This document shows positions 29,644 through 40,669 of a stretch of DNA of 64,000 nucleotides, in pieces (position 1 is the stretch's first letter; the number at the start of each line of letters is the position of its first letter). Position numbers and translations under genes: made by a program. Source of the stretch: Candidatus Binatia bacterium. Lineage in GTDB: Bacteria > Desulfobacterota > Binatia > Bin18. The stretch spans positions 1-64,000 of the forward strand of contig CAXXHG010000032.1 in assembly GCA_963666315.2 (NCBI GenBank). Reading direction: 5' to 3'. The notes under the pieces were generated by a model. It saw only the letters and a program-made list of their open reading frames with translations, was not told the origin of the DNA and did not search any database.

Positions 29644-30012
29644 ATGATTAGCTACGTAACGCTCGGGACGAACGACTTTGAGCGTGCCGGCAAGTTCTAT
29701 GACGCGCTTTTGGCTGATGTTGGAGCTAAGCGCATGATGGAGAACGAGAGAATTATCTTATGGGGGTCCCCAGGGGCTCCTCTTCTGGCAGTGTGCAAGC
29801 CATTTGATGGCAATGCCGCCTCAGTTGGCAATGGCGTGATGGTCGCGCTCGCCGCGAGCGGCCCGGAACAAGTCTCCGCAATATATAATAAAGCACTAGA
29901 GTTGGGCGGTACGGACGAAGGTGCACCTGGTCCGCGTGGCGATGGTGGAATGACCATCGGATATTTCCGCGACCTAGATGGCAACAAACTCAACGTCATC
30001 CATATGGGATAA
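29644..30012 (+). CDS. VOC/glyoxalase family protein
   Basis: MISYVTLGTNDFERA..FYD, GNGVMVAL, DEGAPGPR, YFRDLDGNKL. Confidence 0.93.
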   Translation: MISYVTLGTNDFERAGKFYDALLADVGAKRMMENERIILWGSPGAPLLAVCKPFDGNAASVGNGVMVALAASGPEQVSAIYNKALELGGTDEGAPGPRGDGGMTIGYFRDLDGNKLNVIHMG

Positions 30013-30045
30013 TCTGACGATCTCGTTTAGTCGTAGTCCGCATGC

Positions 30046-30072
30046 AAGGTGGGTCAGATGACCCACCTTTTT
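30046..30072 (+). terminator. Rho-independent terminator
   Basis: AAGGTGGGTCA-GA-TGACCCACCTT followed by TTT. Confidence 0.75.
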
Positions 30073-30130
30073 CCGTCCTAGCGAATAGACCTCGCCTCCC
30101 CTTCCCTCTACACCTAGCCGTTCAATAACT

Positions 30131-30700
30131 ATGCGTACAAAGGTCTGGATTTTTGGCTATGGATCATTGGTCTGGAACCCTGGCTTTTCTTTTGAAGAGA
30201 GTCGGATCGGCTACATTCTGGGTTGGGTACGTCGTTTTTATCAGGGGTCAACCGACCACAGAGGCGTACCAGGGTCACCAGGCCGAGTTGCTACCTTAGT
30301 CGCTGACGTCACCGCCACATGTTGGGGTGTAGCCTATCAGGTTGCTGGAGATTCTCTGGAATCAATCTTTTCTTATCTTGATTATCGAGAGAAAGGCGGG
30401 TTTAGCCGCCATCACGTCGACTTTTATCCCAGGACGGATAGAACGACGCACTCACAACCAATCAGCAACACCTATGTCTACGTCGCTCAAGACGATAATC
30501 CTAACTATCTCGGTCCTGCCCCTATACCAGAGATGGCGCAACAAATTTTCTCATCTACCGGGCCAAGCGGATCTAACCAGGAATATTTGACTCGACTCGC
30601 GGAGAGTTTACACATAATGGGGGTGAATGATGAGCATGTGTTCGAACTCGAACAACATGTGTGCGCTCTCAGAGTCTCAGGCGAAGCCAAGACTCCTTAA
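30131..30700 (+). CDS. chaC: ChaC-family glutathione-specific gamma-glutamylcyclotransferase
   Basis: WIFGYGSLVW, RRFYQGSTDHRG, YLDYREKGG, GPSGSNQEY. Confidence 0.93.
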   Translation: MRTKVWIFGYGSLVWNPGFSFEESRIGYILGWVRRFYQGSTDHRGVPGSPGRVATLVADVTATCWGVAYQVAGDSLESIFSYLDYREKGGFSRHHVDFYPRTDRTTHSQPISNTYVYVAQDDNPNYLGPAPIPEMAQQIFSSTGPSGSNQEYLTRLAESLHIMGVNDEHVFELEQHVCALRVSGEAKTP

Positions 30701-30800
30701 TCGAGTCTGGCCCCGTATTGATTTGACTGTGGATTTTTGGTTGGTGGTGGGGAGTGGTTTTGTGCTGTTTTGAGCAGTCCAGCGTAAGGAGAATCCCGTT

Positions 30801-30978
30801 ATGAGCGATCCAACGTCGCCTGTCGGCTATCCCCCCGTCTATCCACATGATCCGATTGAAGAGCTTGCGCCGGATGTCTTCATGGTTCGGGGCAGCATCA
30901 AACTCAATGCCCTGGTGCGCATCACGCGGAACATGGCCGTTATTCGGCATGAAGGTGATCTGGCGTTGGTGAATGATA
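30801..30978 (+). pseudogene. N-terminal stump of a conserved hypothetical (MBL/DUF4336-like) protein
   Basis: YPHDPIEELAPDVFMVRGS...RNMAVIRHEGDLALVN then unrelated sequence. Confidence 0.55.
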
Positions 30979-31020
30979 GTAAAAGTGTATTGAGAAACCT
31001 ACCGTGCAAGGAGACTGCGT

Positions 31021-31554
31021 ATGAAGCTGAGGAGAATGGTGCAGGTCTGTGTGTGCGGCCTCGCTCTCGTTTGGGCATCTACCGTTATGAGTGCGGCCGA
31101 CGAATGGAATCGCAAGGTCATCGAGGAGTTTCGAGCGAACGAGGGCAAGGTCGGCGGTATGTTTGCGAATGCGAGTTTACTCCTGCTGCATACCACCGGC
31201 GCGAAAAGCGGGCTCGCGCGCCTGACCCCGTTGGTTTACCTAGCCGAGGGCGACCAGCTTATCGTGATTGCCTCAAATGGAGGCGCACCCAGCAGTCCCG
31301 ATTGGTATTACAACCTCGTGGCCAATCCAGGCGTCCGCGTGGAAGTCGGCGCCGAACAGTTTGCTGCCCAGGCCACGGTTGCCCAGGAACCAGAGCGCAG
31401 CAAGTTGTATGCACAGATGGTAGCGGTAAGCCCCGGCTTTGCCGAGTATCAGAAAAATGCGGTGCCGCGTATCATCCCCGTTATTGTTCTAACGCGCCGG
31501 CCGTACCAGAGGGAGGGCTTTGAGAACGCGCCCCGAACGTTCTCGCCTGTTTGA
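31021..31554 (+). CDS. Deazaflavin (F420)-dependent nitroreductase/Ddn-like protein
   Basis: WNRKVIEEFRANEGKVGG, LLLHTTGAKSG, ASNGG..PDWYYNLVANP. Confidence 0.9.
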   Translation: MKLRRMVQVCVCGLALVWASTVMSAADEWNRKVIEEFRANEGKVGGMFANASLLLLHTTGAKSGLARLTPLVYLAEGDQLIVIASNGGAPSSPDWYYNLVANPGVRVEVGAEQFAAQATVAQEPERSKLYAQMVAVSPGFAEYQKNAVPRIIPVIVLTRRPYQREGFENAPRTFSPV

Positions 31555-31621
31555 GGGAAAGAATATGGGGAAGCAGCTTTTGAAAATTGCAGATCCTCCG
31601 GTGCCGCAGGCAGAGCCAAAA

Positions 31622-32572
31622 TCAAACGAAAATCTGATCTGGCCGCTTGGGCACAATGCCGCTCGGGTTCACTCTACGGATGGTGTAATAGGTCCGCTTG
31701 ATATGGTCAATATTGACTGTATCGGCGACACCTGGCTCATCGTATAGGCGCTTCAGATAGACCGAGAGGTTTGGGTAATCGATCAAGCGGCGCAGGTTGC
31801 ATTTGAATAAGCCGTAGTAGGCAATGTCGAACCGAATCAGCGTAACAAAAGCGCGCCAGTCGGTTTCCGTGATGCGTTCTCCCAGGAGGTAGGCCTGCCC
31901 CTCCGGCCGCTGCTCTAATTCGTCCAAGCAGACGAACACATCCGTAACTGCTGCCTCATAGGCTTCCTGAGTGGTCGCAAAGCCCGTCCGGTACACCCCG
32001 TTATTGAGGCTCTCATACATGCGATCATTCAGCGCGTCGATTTCGGCTCGCAGCTGCGTGGGATAAGAATCGACTGAGGCGTCCCCCATCGCGTCGAAGG
32101 CAGAATTGAGCATCCGGATAATATCGCCAGATTCATTGTTGACCATGGTGTTTTGCTCTTTGTCCGACAGGACGGGAACGGTCGGTCGTCCGGTAAAGTG
32201 GGGGTCAGCACGCGTACAGAGTTCGTGCACATAGCGGCTGTTGTACAGCGGAACAGGAATAGCGTCGGGATATTCACCAAAGCCATAGCCTTGGTCGGTA
32301 AATTCAGGGATAGCAATAGAAACCGAGATCGCGTCCTCAAGTTTTTTGAGTTTGCGATAGAGCAACATCCGACAGGCACACGGACAGTTGAGTGCGATAT
32401 ACAGATGATAGCGGCCGGGCTCGGCTTTGAAGCCGCCTGTGCCTGTTGGGCCAGGAGAGCCATCCGGAGTCACCCAATGCCGAAACGTGGATTCCTGGCG
32501 AACAAAGCGCCCCTGGCTGCCGGTGCGTTTCTTTATCTGCCAGTCGTCTTGCCATGTGCCGTCTACGAGCAT
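31622..32572 (-). CDS. Glutathionyl-hydroquinone reductase (GST Xi class, YqjG-like), active-site motif altered
   Basis: FKAEPGRYHLY, CPCACR (CPWAHR expected), NNESGDIIRM, NNGVYRTGFATTQEAY. Confidence 0.88.
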   Translation of the reverse strand: MLVDGTWQDDWQIKKRTGSQGRFVRQESTFRHWVTPDGSPGPTGTGGFKAEPGRYHLYIALNCPCACRMLLYRKLKKLEDAISVSIAIPEFTDQGYGFGEYPDAIPVPLYNSRYVHELCTRADPHFTGRPTVPVLSDKEQNTMVNNESGDIIRMLNSAFDAMGDASVDSYPTQLRAEIDALNDRMYESLNNGVYRTGFATTQEAYEAAVTDVFVCLDELEQRPEGQAYLLGERITETDWRAFVTLIRFDIAYYGLFKCNLRRLIDYPNLSVYLKRLYDEPGVADTVNIDHIKRTYYTIRRVNPSGIVPKRPDQIFV

Positions 32573-32684
32573 GCAATCCTCCTTTACTGCGCCCTGTTAT
32601 GCATTGCGATTGCTGTTTCGAGGTCTTTGCAATAGGTGTGTAAATAAAACCAGGCATCAATACTCTCAGGTGACGATTGTCTTT

Positions 32685-35600
32685 TCAGCTTAACTCCTCC
32701 AGCAACGTTTTTGCCTCTTGCAAATCTTTCGTATCGAACCCTTCCGTGAACCAGTCGTAAATGGGGGCGAGCAGGTTGCGGGCTTCAGTTTTCTTGCCCT
32801 GCTGTTGCCAGAGGCGGGCCAGGCTCCTCACAGCCCGCAGCTCCAAAGACTTCGCACCCTGCTTGCGAGCAACATTGATGGCTTGATGAAAACATTCCTC
32901 CGCTTCCTGGACTCTGGACCCTGGATTGCAGCATGAGCTCGCCCTTGAGTCGAGACAGCTCGGCTGCGTAATAGCGCTCCTCATTTTTGTCCGTTATCGC
33001 CAGCGCCTCGCCCACTATCGTCAGTCCTTCTCCTGCCTGCCCTACTTTCCCAAACGTCTCGGCCAGTAAAGCCAGAAAATACGGCGTACCCACCTCGGCT
33101 CCGGTGGCTCGCCAGCCAGTCAGCCCCTGGCGTATCTGGGCAATCCCCGCCTCTCTCTGTCCCTGCTCGGCCAGCGCCCAGGCCCGCAGCATAGTGCCCC
33201 CCACCAAAAAGAATGGAAACCCCTGGTCGGTACTGAGGGTAAGGGCGGCCTCGGCCTGCTCGTGAGTCATCTGCCCCTCCCGACGGAACTGATGCAACCA
33301 GGCTGCAAAATACAGGGCCAATGCCAGGCTATAGGGGTGAGCCAGCTCTTGGGCCAGGCTGAGCGCCTCCTGGCTCCTTTTCAGGGTCTGGTCCGGATTG
33401 CCCAGAAGCCACAGCGCCACAGCCGCATAGACCCGGCAATCCACCCCGGGGTCGTGCGTGGCCCCGGAGACCTGGGGAGTGTCCCGCTGGGCGTCGTACA
33501 GGGCAATCCCTTGCTCCAGGTGCTCGCGGGCGGTAACCAACTCGCCAAGATAGAACGAGGATTGCCCAACCGCATCGTGGCCGGTCAGGAAGAAAGTAGG
33601 GGATTGCTGGCGGCGAGCCAGCTGAGTAGCTGTTCCGCGACCCCGTACGCCGTCTTGTGTTCCCCGGCCACAAAATACACCAAATGCAGACCCATCAGCA
33701 CCGGGAAGAGCTGGGGGGTTTCCCCCAGCTGCTCACACAGCTCCCGCGCCCGCGCATAGGCCTGACGTGCTTCTGGGGACGCAGGGCCCTTGGTCGCCAT
33801 CAGCGGTGCGCCCAAGGCAATTTGCAATCCCAATTCTTGCTGACTCCGTTCAGGGGAGTCGAGCAAGGTCAGGAGCAGCTCCAGCCCCTGGCGCAGATGA
33901 CTAATCGCTTCCGCACTGGCTGAACGCTGGCTGGCTCGCTGTCCCGCCTGCTGCCAATAGGGAACGGCTTGCTCGGTGAGCCCCGCCTCGGTGTAGTGAT
34001 GGGCTACCAGCTCCGGCTGGGTTTCTGTGGTCTCAGTAAACTGCTGCTCAAAGACCTGGGCAATCTGTTGATGGAGCTGCTGACGGTGGCTCTTGAGCAA
34101 CGACGCATAGGCCGTGTCCTGGATAAGGGCATGCTTAAAGGTATAACGGGTCTGGGGCGGGAGGCCCCGCTGAAAGACCAGTTCGGCGCCCACTAACTGC
34201 TGGAGGCCATGCTGTAACGGCTCTGTGCCGAGCGGGAAGACCGCCTGTAGGAGCGCATAGCTAAACTCGCGCCCAATCGTCGCCCCCAGCTGCGCCACTT
34301 CCTTGACCGCGACCGGCCGGTCCAAACGCGCCATGAGCGAATCTTGCAGCGTGGCCGGAATCGCTAAGGGCGGCAGTGGTCCGGTCAGCTCATAGCGGCC
34401 GTCCACGGCGCGGACGAAGGCGGATTCCACCACCATCTTCGTCAGCTCTTCCACAAACAGCGGTACCCCATCCGTCTTCGTGGCAATCTGCTGCATCACC
34501 TCAGCCGGTAGCGTCTTCCCGCCCGTTATCTCCTCCACCATCGCCCCCACGTCCGTGTGCCCTAAGCGATTGAGGGTGAGCTGGTTCAGGTAGGAATGCG
34601 TGCCCCACGGCGGCGTAAACACCGGAGCCTTCTCGGTCTCCTCCTTCTGTTTCTGAGGACTCACGGTGATGGGCGGGGAATCCAAGGGATGGGGCAGCGA
34701 GAGGAGGGCGGCTAAGAGCGGCACCGTGTCGGCCTGAGGGAAGCGATATTCGGAGAGGATACGCTGGAGTTTCGCCAGCTTTGTCGCAGGCGTATCGTCC
34801 GACGCAAACTCCAGCACCTTCTCAACGTGCTGGATCACCGGGTAGGGCGCGCTATTCTGGTGATAGGGTGAACACCGATACGCGATCCGGATCCCGCCTT
34901 CTTGGACGACTAGCTCTCGCAGTTCCTCGACCAGTCGGGATTTGCCGATGCCCGCCTCCCAACGACGGAGACCGCCTGACCCTCGCCCCCCGTGGCCTGT
35001 TGCCAGCGTTTGCTCAGCAGATTGACTTCTTCTGCCCGGCCCACCAGCGGCGTTAAGCCCGCACGGACCGCCACCTCAAAGTGGCTCTGCTCCGCACTGG
35101 TGCCCAGCACCTGAGACAGCGCCTGCGCGGTGGAGATCCCTTTGAGGTCCTGAGGACCAAGATCTTCGTACCTGAACAGCCCTTCTACCAGGCGATACGT
35201 CGTCAGGCTGATAACGACTCCATCCGGCTCGGCTTTGCCCTGGACACGGGCCGCGATGTTCGGCGTCTCGCCTAACGCTAACTGTTCCCGCCGTCTGCCG
35301 CCCCCATCTCGCCGATGACCACTGGCCCAGTATGAATCCCGATGTGGACCTGGATGGGCTGCGGGAACCGATTGCGGGCCTCGCGTAACGCACTCACAAT
35401 CTCCAGCCCCGCGCGAATGGCGCGAGCCGCATCGTCTTCATGCGCTGCAGGATAGCCAAAATAGACGAGTAAGCCGTCTCCTAGATACTGCGCAATATAG
35501 CCCTCATGGCGCTCAATGACCCGGGCACTCACCTCTTGATAGGTGCGTACGACGGTCTGGAGTTCTTCGGGGTTAAGCTGTTCGGACAATGCGGTGGAGC

Positions 35601-35904
35601 CAACTAGGTCACAGAACATCACCGTCAGCTGGCGGCGTTCGCCTGTGGGCGCTTCCCGTTCGGGTTGAGCTGGCGGCTATTCCGAAGGAGAACGGCTCGG
35701 CGCCTCAGCTTCCCTTCCGCCTGTCCAGACGAGCACCTCGCCGTCTTCATCTACCGCGACTCGCTCGGCTTTGATGAGCTCGTGGTTGATATCCTCTACG
35801 AACTCGTCATCCAGGCCAACGCGGCGCTTTAAGGCCCGATAGCCCAAACGACCACGTTCCTGGAGGATGTCCCGAACCTGGTCTAACACCTCATCAAACG
35901 ACAT
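32685..35904 (-). pseudogene. Class III adenylate cyclase + AAA ATPase + TPR (STAND-like) protein, multiple frameshifts and an internal deletion
   Basis: [61 protein letters not shown] across six ORF pieces. Confidence 0.92.
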
Positions 35905-35962
35905 GACTGCCCTCTCAGCCTCTGTACTCCTTCGGCTGGCGCGGTTCAAGGCGACCCCCAGG

Positions 35963-37245
35963 TCAGGCGGCCAGGCGCTGGTGGGGACTCACGGGCCGTT
36001 CTCTGCCATCCATATACCGCGCTCCTGCATAGACTGCTGGCACCAACTCGGTTCCTTTGAGTTTGCGAAAGCTGGACTCCGCCACTCGCAGTAATTTCCA
36101 GATGAGGGCCGTGGCATTCTCTACTTTCTTGAACCGCTTAACTGCTGTGGTACGCAGGCGTACTGCCGCAAAGGGAGACTCCACGATATTCGTGGTTCTG
36201 AGATGTACCCAATGCTCCCGGGGGAACTGACAGAAGGTCACCAGCCGTACCCCGGCTTTAGGAAAGAGGTGGTGATAGCGCTGATGAAACTGCTGCTTCA
36301 ACGCTGCACATTCCTGCTGCGTTTCCGCATACGGCATCGCTCGCAGAAGCTGGCTGGCCTCTGGTTGAAACTTCTTGGGAATGGCATCCAAGATGTTGAA
36401 TATCCGATGATTCCAGCAGCGTTGTTCCGCTAGCTGAGGTTATGCTCGCCAAGGGCAGCCCATAAGCCCAAGTGGCCATCAGCAATCGTACACCGCTACG
36501 CTTTCAGCCCCCGCCTGCGCAAATCCCGCAGGGTCATGCCCCAGGACTCTTTGGATTCCCGCACACCGCTCTCTACTGCTAAGATGACCTTCTGCCCATT
36601 CGTAAGCGCCCCAATCGTCACCAAGAGCCCGTCCGCCCAGATGTAGACTACTTCGAGGTCATCGAGGCGCCGGTTGCTCTATATTGCATACTCCTGTTGC
36701 CACTGGGCTTTGAGCCGTACCAGCGAAGCGCGGGATAAGGGTGCCCCGTCGCCCAGCAACCCGCGTAAAGCCAAATCCAAGTCCCCCAAGGCCAGGCCAT
36801 GCAAGTATGACTCGGGTAGCAACGCGCCGACCTCCTTGGTGTGGCGTTTGAACAGCGGCAACACTCGGCTTTAAAACCGCCCGGGCAAGTCCCGGACTCG
36901 GGGCCGCCGGACGGTAATCGTTCCGCTCGTCATACTCAAGCGGCGCGGCTTACCATAGCCATTCCGATACCCTCGGGGGCATCGACGGCTTCGCGCCGAG
37001 CCGACTTGGCTCGCCCTAATAACTCAGTCACCTCTTCTTCTAACAGGGCTTGGATGAACCGTTGGACGTGGTCCCGAACAAACCCCTCCAGGTGGCCCCA
37101 CGTGCTGTTTCCCTTCTGCTCTGAGGTAATATCCTTCTGCGCCATAGCAACTCCTCCTGCCCTCCCCGGACTACGTCCGGTGGGTTAGGTCATCCAAGAG
37201 GATACGCTGCCAGTCGCGCGTTTGCACACTTTTAGTGATTACCTC
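35963..37245 (-). mobile_element. IS256-family element, frameshifted transposase, one terminal repeat
   Basis: LLEEEVTELLGR, YLHGLALGD, HWVHLRTTNIVESPFAAVRLRT; candidate left end GAGGTAATCACTAAAAGTGTGCAAA (37245-37221). Confidence 0.88.
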
Positions 37246-37277
37246 GCTGTTTCCCGCCTGTGTCCACGATGGATTTT

Positions 37278-37308
37278 GCAGGCCGGATGAGCGTAGCGTA
37301 ATCCGACA
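37278..37308 (+). repeat. GTAG-family REP-like palindrome
   Basis: GCAGGCCGGATGAGCGTAGCGTAATCCGACA; CGGAT/ATCCG stem. Confidence 0.55.
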
Positions 37309-37512
37309 CCAGAGAGCTAGTCGTCCGACAAAAGATAGCGCTTCAGGATAGGCAGAACGTTCGTGAAGCGAATGGATTGACAGGTTTCCTTTCGAGCGTC
37401 ATTCTGAAGCAACTGAAGAATATTGACCCAGACCCCTTGTGAGTACAGTTCCCCCGTTGTCTAGGCCAGTCTCACTCGGAGAACGTCGGGGAACGTGGGA
37501 GGAAGAATACAG

Positions 37513-38370
37513 ATGACAGATTTCCAGGCTGAGCCTCTCGATGCGAGCTTCGGGGCGACTGTGACCGGATTAAAGCTCGTAGAAATTGATGATGCATCCT
37601 TCAGGCGGCTCTACGACACCTGGCTTGAGCACGCGCTGCTCATTTTCCCGGATCAGCATCTATCGAAAGAACAACAGGTTGAATTTGCCAAACGATTTGG
37701 TGAATTAGAGTTTGATCTTGTGGCGATTAGCAACGTGAAAAAAGACGGGAGCATTCGCCTAGAAGACGATTCAGACAACATGATTCAAGTGCTCAAAGGG
37801 AATATGCGCTGGCATTGTGACAGTACGTATATGCCCGTTCAGGCTAAGGGTGCTGTGTTCACCGCACATGTTGTTCCTTCCTCGCGCGGGGAAACCGGTT
37901 GGGCGGATTTACGCGCTGGCTATGATGCTCTTGACGCAGCCACGAAAGAGAAGATTGCAAATCTGTCGGCTTACCATTCCCTTCGTCATTCACAGAAAAA
38001 GGTAGGATTTGCGACTAAAAAAGGTGGTGACTACAATGGCTATGGTTTAGATGTCCACGATCCGCCACTGAGACCTCTCGTGAAAACGCATCCTGAGACA
38101 GGGCGTAAGTCCCTTCTGATTGGCCGCCATGCGTACGGTGTTCCGGGACTGGATCCCGCTGAATCTGAAAAATTACTCCAGTCGCTGCTGGACCATACCT
38201 GCCAGGCGCCATGGGTCCATCACCACAGTTGGACAGCCGGAGACGCGGTTCTTTGGGATAACCGTCGCCTGCTTCACCGCGGCTGCCCGTGGGATATGAC
38301 AGAAGCTCGGGTTATGTACCACGCGAGAATAGCAGGAGACCCGGTGTCTGAATTTGCAGGCACCGCCTAG
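37513..38370 (+). CDS. TauD/TfdA family Fe(II)/2-oxoglutarate dioxygenase
   Basis: WHCDSTY, PLVKTHPETGRKSL, WDNRRLLHRG. Confidence 0.93.
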   Translation: MTDFQAEPLDASFGATVTGLKLVEIDDASFRRLYDTWLEHALLIFPDQHLSKEQQVEFAKRFGELEFDLVAISNVKKDGSIRLEDDSDNMIQVLKGNMRWHCDSTYMPVQAKGAVFTAHVVPSSRGETGWADLRAGYDALDAATKEKIANLSAYHSLRHSQKKVGFATKKGGDYNGYGLDVHDPPLRPLVKTHPETGRKSLLIGRHAYGVPGLDPAESEKLLQSLLDHTCQAPWVHHHSWTAGDAVLWDNRRLLHRGCPWDMTEARVMYHARIAGDPVSEFAGTA

Positions 38371-38672
38371 CGATGTGATTGAGATACAAGGTAATGTTCT
38401 AAGAATGAGATTTGAAATACATGAGTAATCCCATAAATTCGCTCATTAAGCCACTGACACCATTATTGGTAGCATTTGCTAGGCTGTGTCAGGGAAAGGG
38501 ATTATAAAATATACAATACAAGCACTAATAAGTGCTCCCAGCATTCCGCCTATAATTCCGGATTTAAATGATTCTCTTATATGAGTTGACATAAACAATC
38601 TCCGTTAATATTTGATGTTCCCCGGAGCCTGGCCGAGCAGGTCGCGCTATCGCTCTCGGATTTCCTCGGGAT

Positions 38673-39218
38673 TCATCCCAACACCCGGGTGACCTCCGGC
38701 CATTCCATATACTCGGGCGGCTGAATGTTCTCCTGAACCATCAGCAGGTCGATTTGTCCGAGGTGAAAATTGTGATGACCGAGGACCGTCCACAGCAGCC
38801 CCATCACCGTGTAGTGGCGGCCGACAAAAGACACGCGCTTGTTCAGCTCGGTCTCGGTGAGCTTTTCGAGCGGCGGTTGGCAGCGCGCATACGCTGAACG
38901 GTAGGCGTCGACAAGGGGCTGTCCATCGCCGACACCTTCGAGCAGGGATGACTTCCCGGGTAGTGGGATGGTGTCGCCGTCGCTGGCCGAGCTTAGGCTC
39001 TCGAACCAATGCGGCTCCGCGAGTGTGAGATGCCGGACGAGTCCACCGATGTTAATCTTGTTCACCCGAGTCCCAAGAAACATGACATCGCTGTCGACTG
39101 GAACAGCGGCATACGCCGGCGTGTCCACGCGCTTGAGATATGCGAAGGTCTGCTCCATGAGCTGATCGAACAGGGTGAGAAACCGCTGGAGCTCGGATGG
39201 CATTTGGCTGGTGTTCAT
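38673..39218 (-). CDS. DinB/YfiT-like protein
   Basis: GLVRHLTLAEPHW ... HHNFHLGQI; AAGGAG RBS. Confidence 0.85.
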   Translation of the reverse strand: MNTSQMPSELQRFLTLFDQLMEQTFAYLKRVDTPAYAAVPVDSDVMFLGTRVNKINIGGLVRHLTLAEPHWFESLSSASDGDTIPLPGKSSLLEGVGDGQPLVDAYRSAYARCQPPLEKLTETELNKRVSFVGRHYTVMGLLWTVLGHHNFHLGQIDLLMVQENIQPPEYMEWPEVTRVLG

Positions 39219-39319
39219 AGCTAATCTCCTTATGCAGATGAAAAATTAGTGAAGTCTGTTGAGCCTAGCTTCCATCAGGCCATGGTTTAGCCGGTCGGCA
39301 AATCTCGCACGGGCGTCTA

Positions 39320-40666
39320 TCACGCCTGACCCTGGCGACGCTGGCCACCACCGCGCGTGAACACCGCATACAGCACCAGCCCTACGGCAATGGTGGCAAG
39401 ACCGATCAATGGCTCCAAGGGACGGCGCAGAGCAGCTAGGCCGGCGAAGCCGAGGGTACACACAATAAAAACAGCAGGTACGAACGGATAACCAGGCATG
39501 GGTGCTGGACGAGAGATCGGCTGTGGAGTGTGTCGCTGCTCGGTTTGATGTAACACAAACAGGCTGGCGACCGTGGCCGCCGCGCTGATAGACAGTATAA
39601 AACCTAAATACGATGGCAGTTCTTGCAGCTCGGTGAGCCGAATGAGCACGCAGGCCAGGCCCACTTTCAGGGCCATTGCAGCGCGGGGTACGTCACCGTG
39701 CATACGCAGGACGCGCGGTAGTACGCCGTCGTGCGCCATTTGCGCGTACACACGCGGGCCGGTCAACACCATGGCCGAGACCGAACTCAGCAAGGCCAAC
39801 GCTATGATCGTCCGTACCCCGGCCTCCAGCCACGATCCACCCAGGGCCGCAGCCGCGCGCGCGGCAATGTCTTGCTGTCCACTGATGGCTTCAGGGGCCG
39901 GGGCATACAGAAACACCGCGTTGAGGGCAAGATACAACACCATCACCAGCACGGTTGCTGTGAGCATGGCCCGAGGCACACTGGTCGCCGCGTCGCGGAC
40001 CTCACCCGCCACATAGACGGCTGCGTTAAACCCGGAATAACTCAGCGACACCCACATGAGGGCTAAGGCAAATGCGGAAAGAGAGAATGGCGGGACGGGG
40101 GAGGGTGCAACCGGCTGCATGCCCTGCCACGCGCCGCTGGGGAGGGTGGAGGCGGCATAGCCGAGGAAGGCCACAAGCAAGACGAGTTTGAGGACCACCA
40201 CGATGTTGTGGGATGCTGTGCCCGAGTATTTCCGCAGCCCATGCGCCAGGCCACACAGCACGACCAGGGCGATGGCAACACTGTCAGCTGGCAGTCACAC
40301 CGGGCGGATGTTGTCCGGCATGACATAGACTTCAAACGCGGTTGCAGCAAAGGCAATTGCGCCGGTGAAACCAGCCAGTAATGACACCCAGCCGGCGAGA
40401 AACCCGGCCACGGGATGGACTGCGGGTGATAAAAACACATACTCCCCGCCGGACACAGTGATGCGCTGGGCTAATGCGCCGTAACTCAGCGCGCCACACA
40501 CTGCTACCCCGCCACTGATCAACCACGCCGCGAGCACGCGCTGTGGCGTGCCCAAGTTGGCCAGGGCAAAGCCGGACGTGGTGAACACCCCCGCGCCGAT
40601 CATGCTTGCCACGACCAGGCTGATCAGAGTGCCTAGCCCCAGATCGAATTTTTGTACGTTCCCCAC
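39320..40666 (-). pseudogene. APC-family amino acid permease, frameshift near 40290
   Basis: [35 protein letters not shown] in two ORFs. Confidence 0.88.
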
Positions 40667-40669
40667 CTT

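Noticed and set aside
6332-38370. Integron cassette array to explain the many small single genes
   Set aside because: No intI, and no paired RYYYAAC...GTTRRRY attC hairpins found; only isolated half-like motifs; orientations are mixed.
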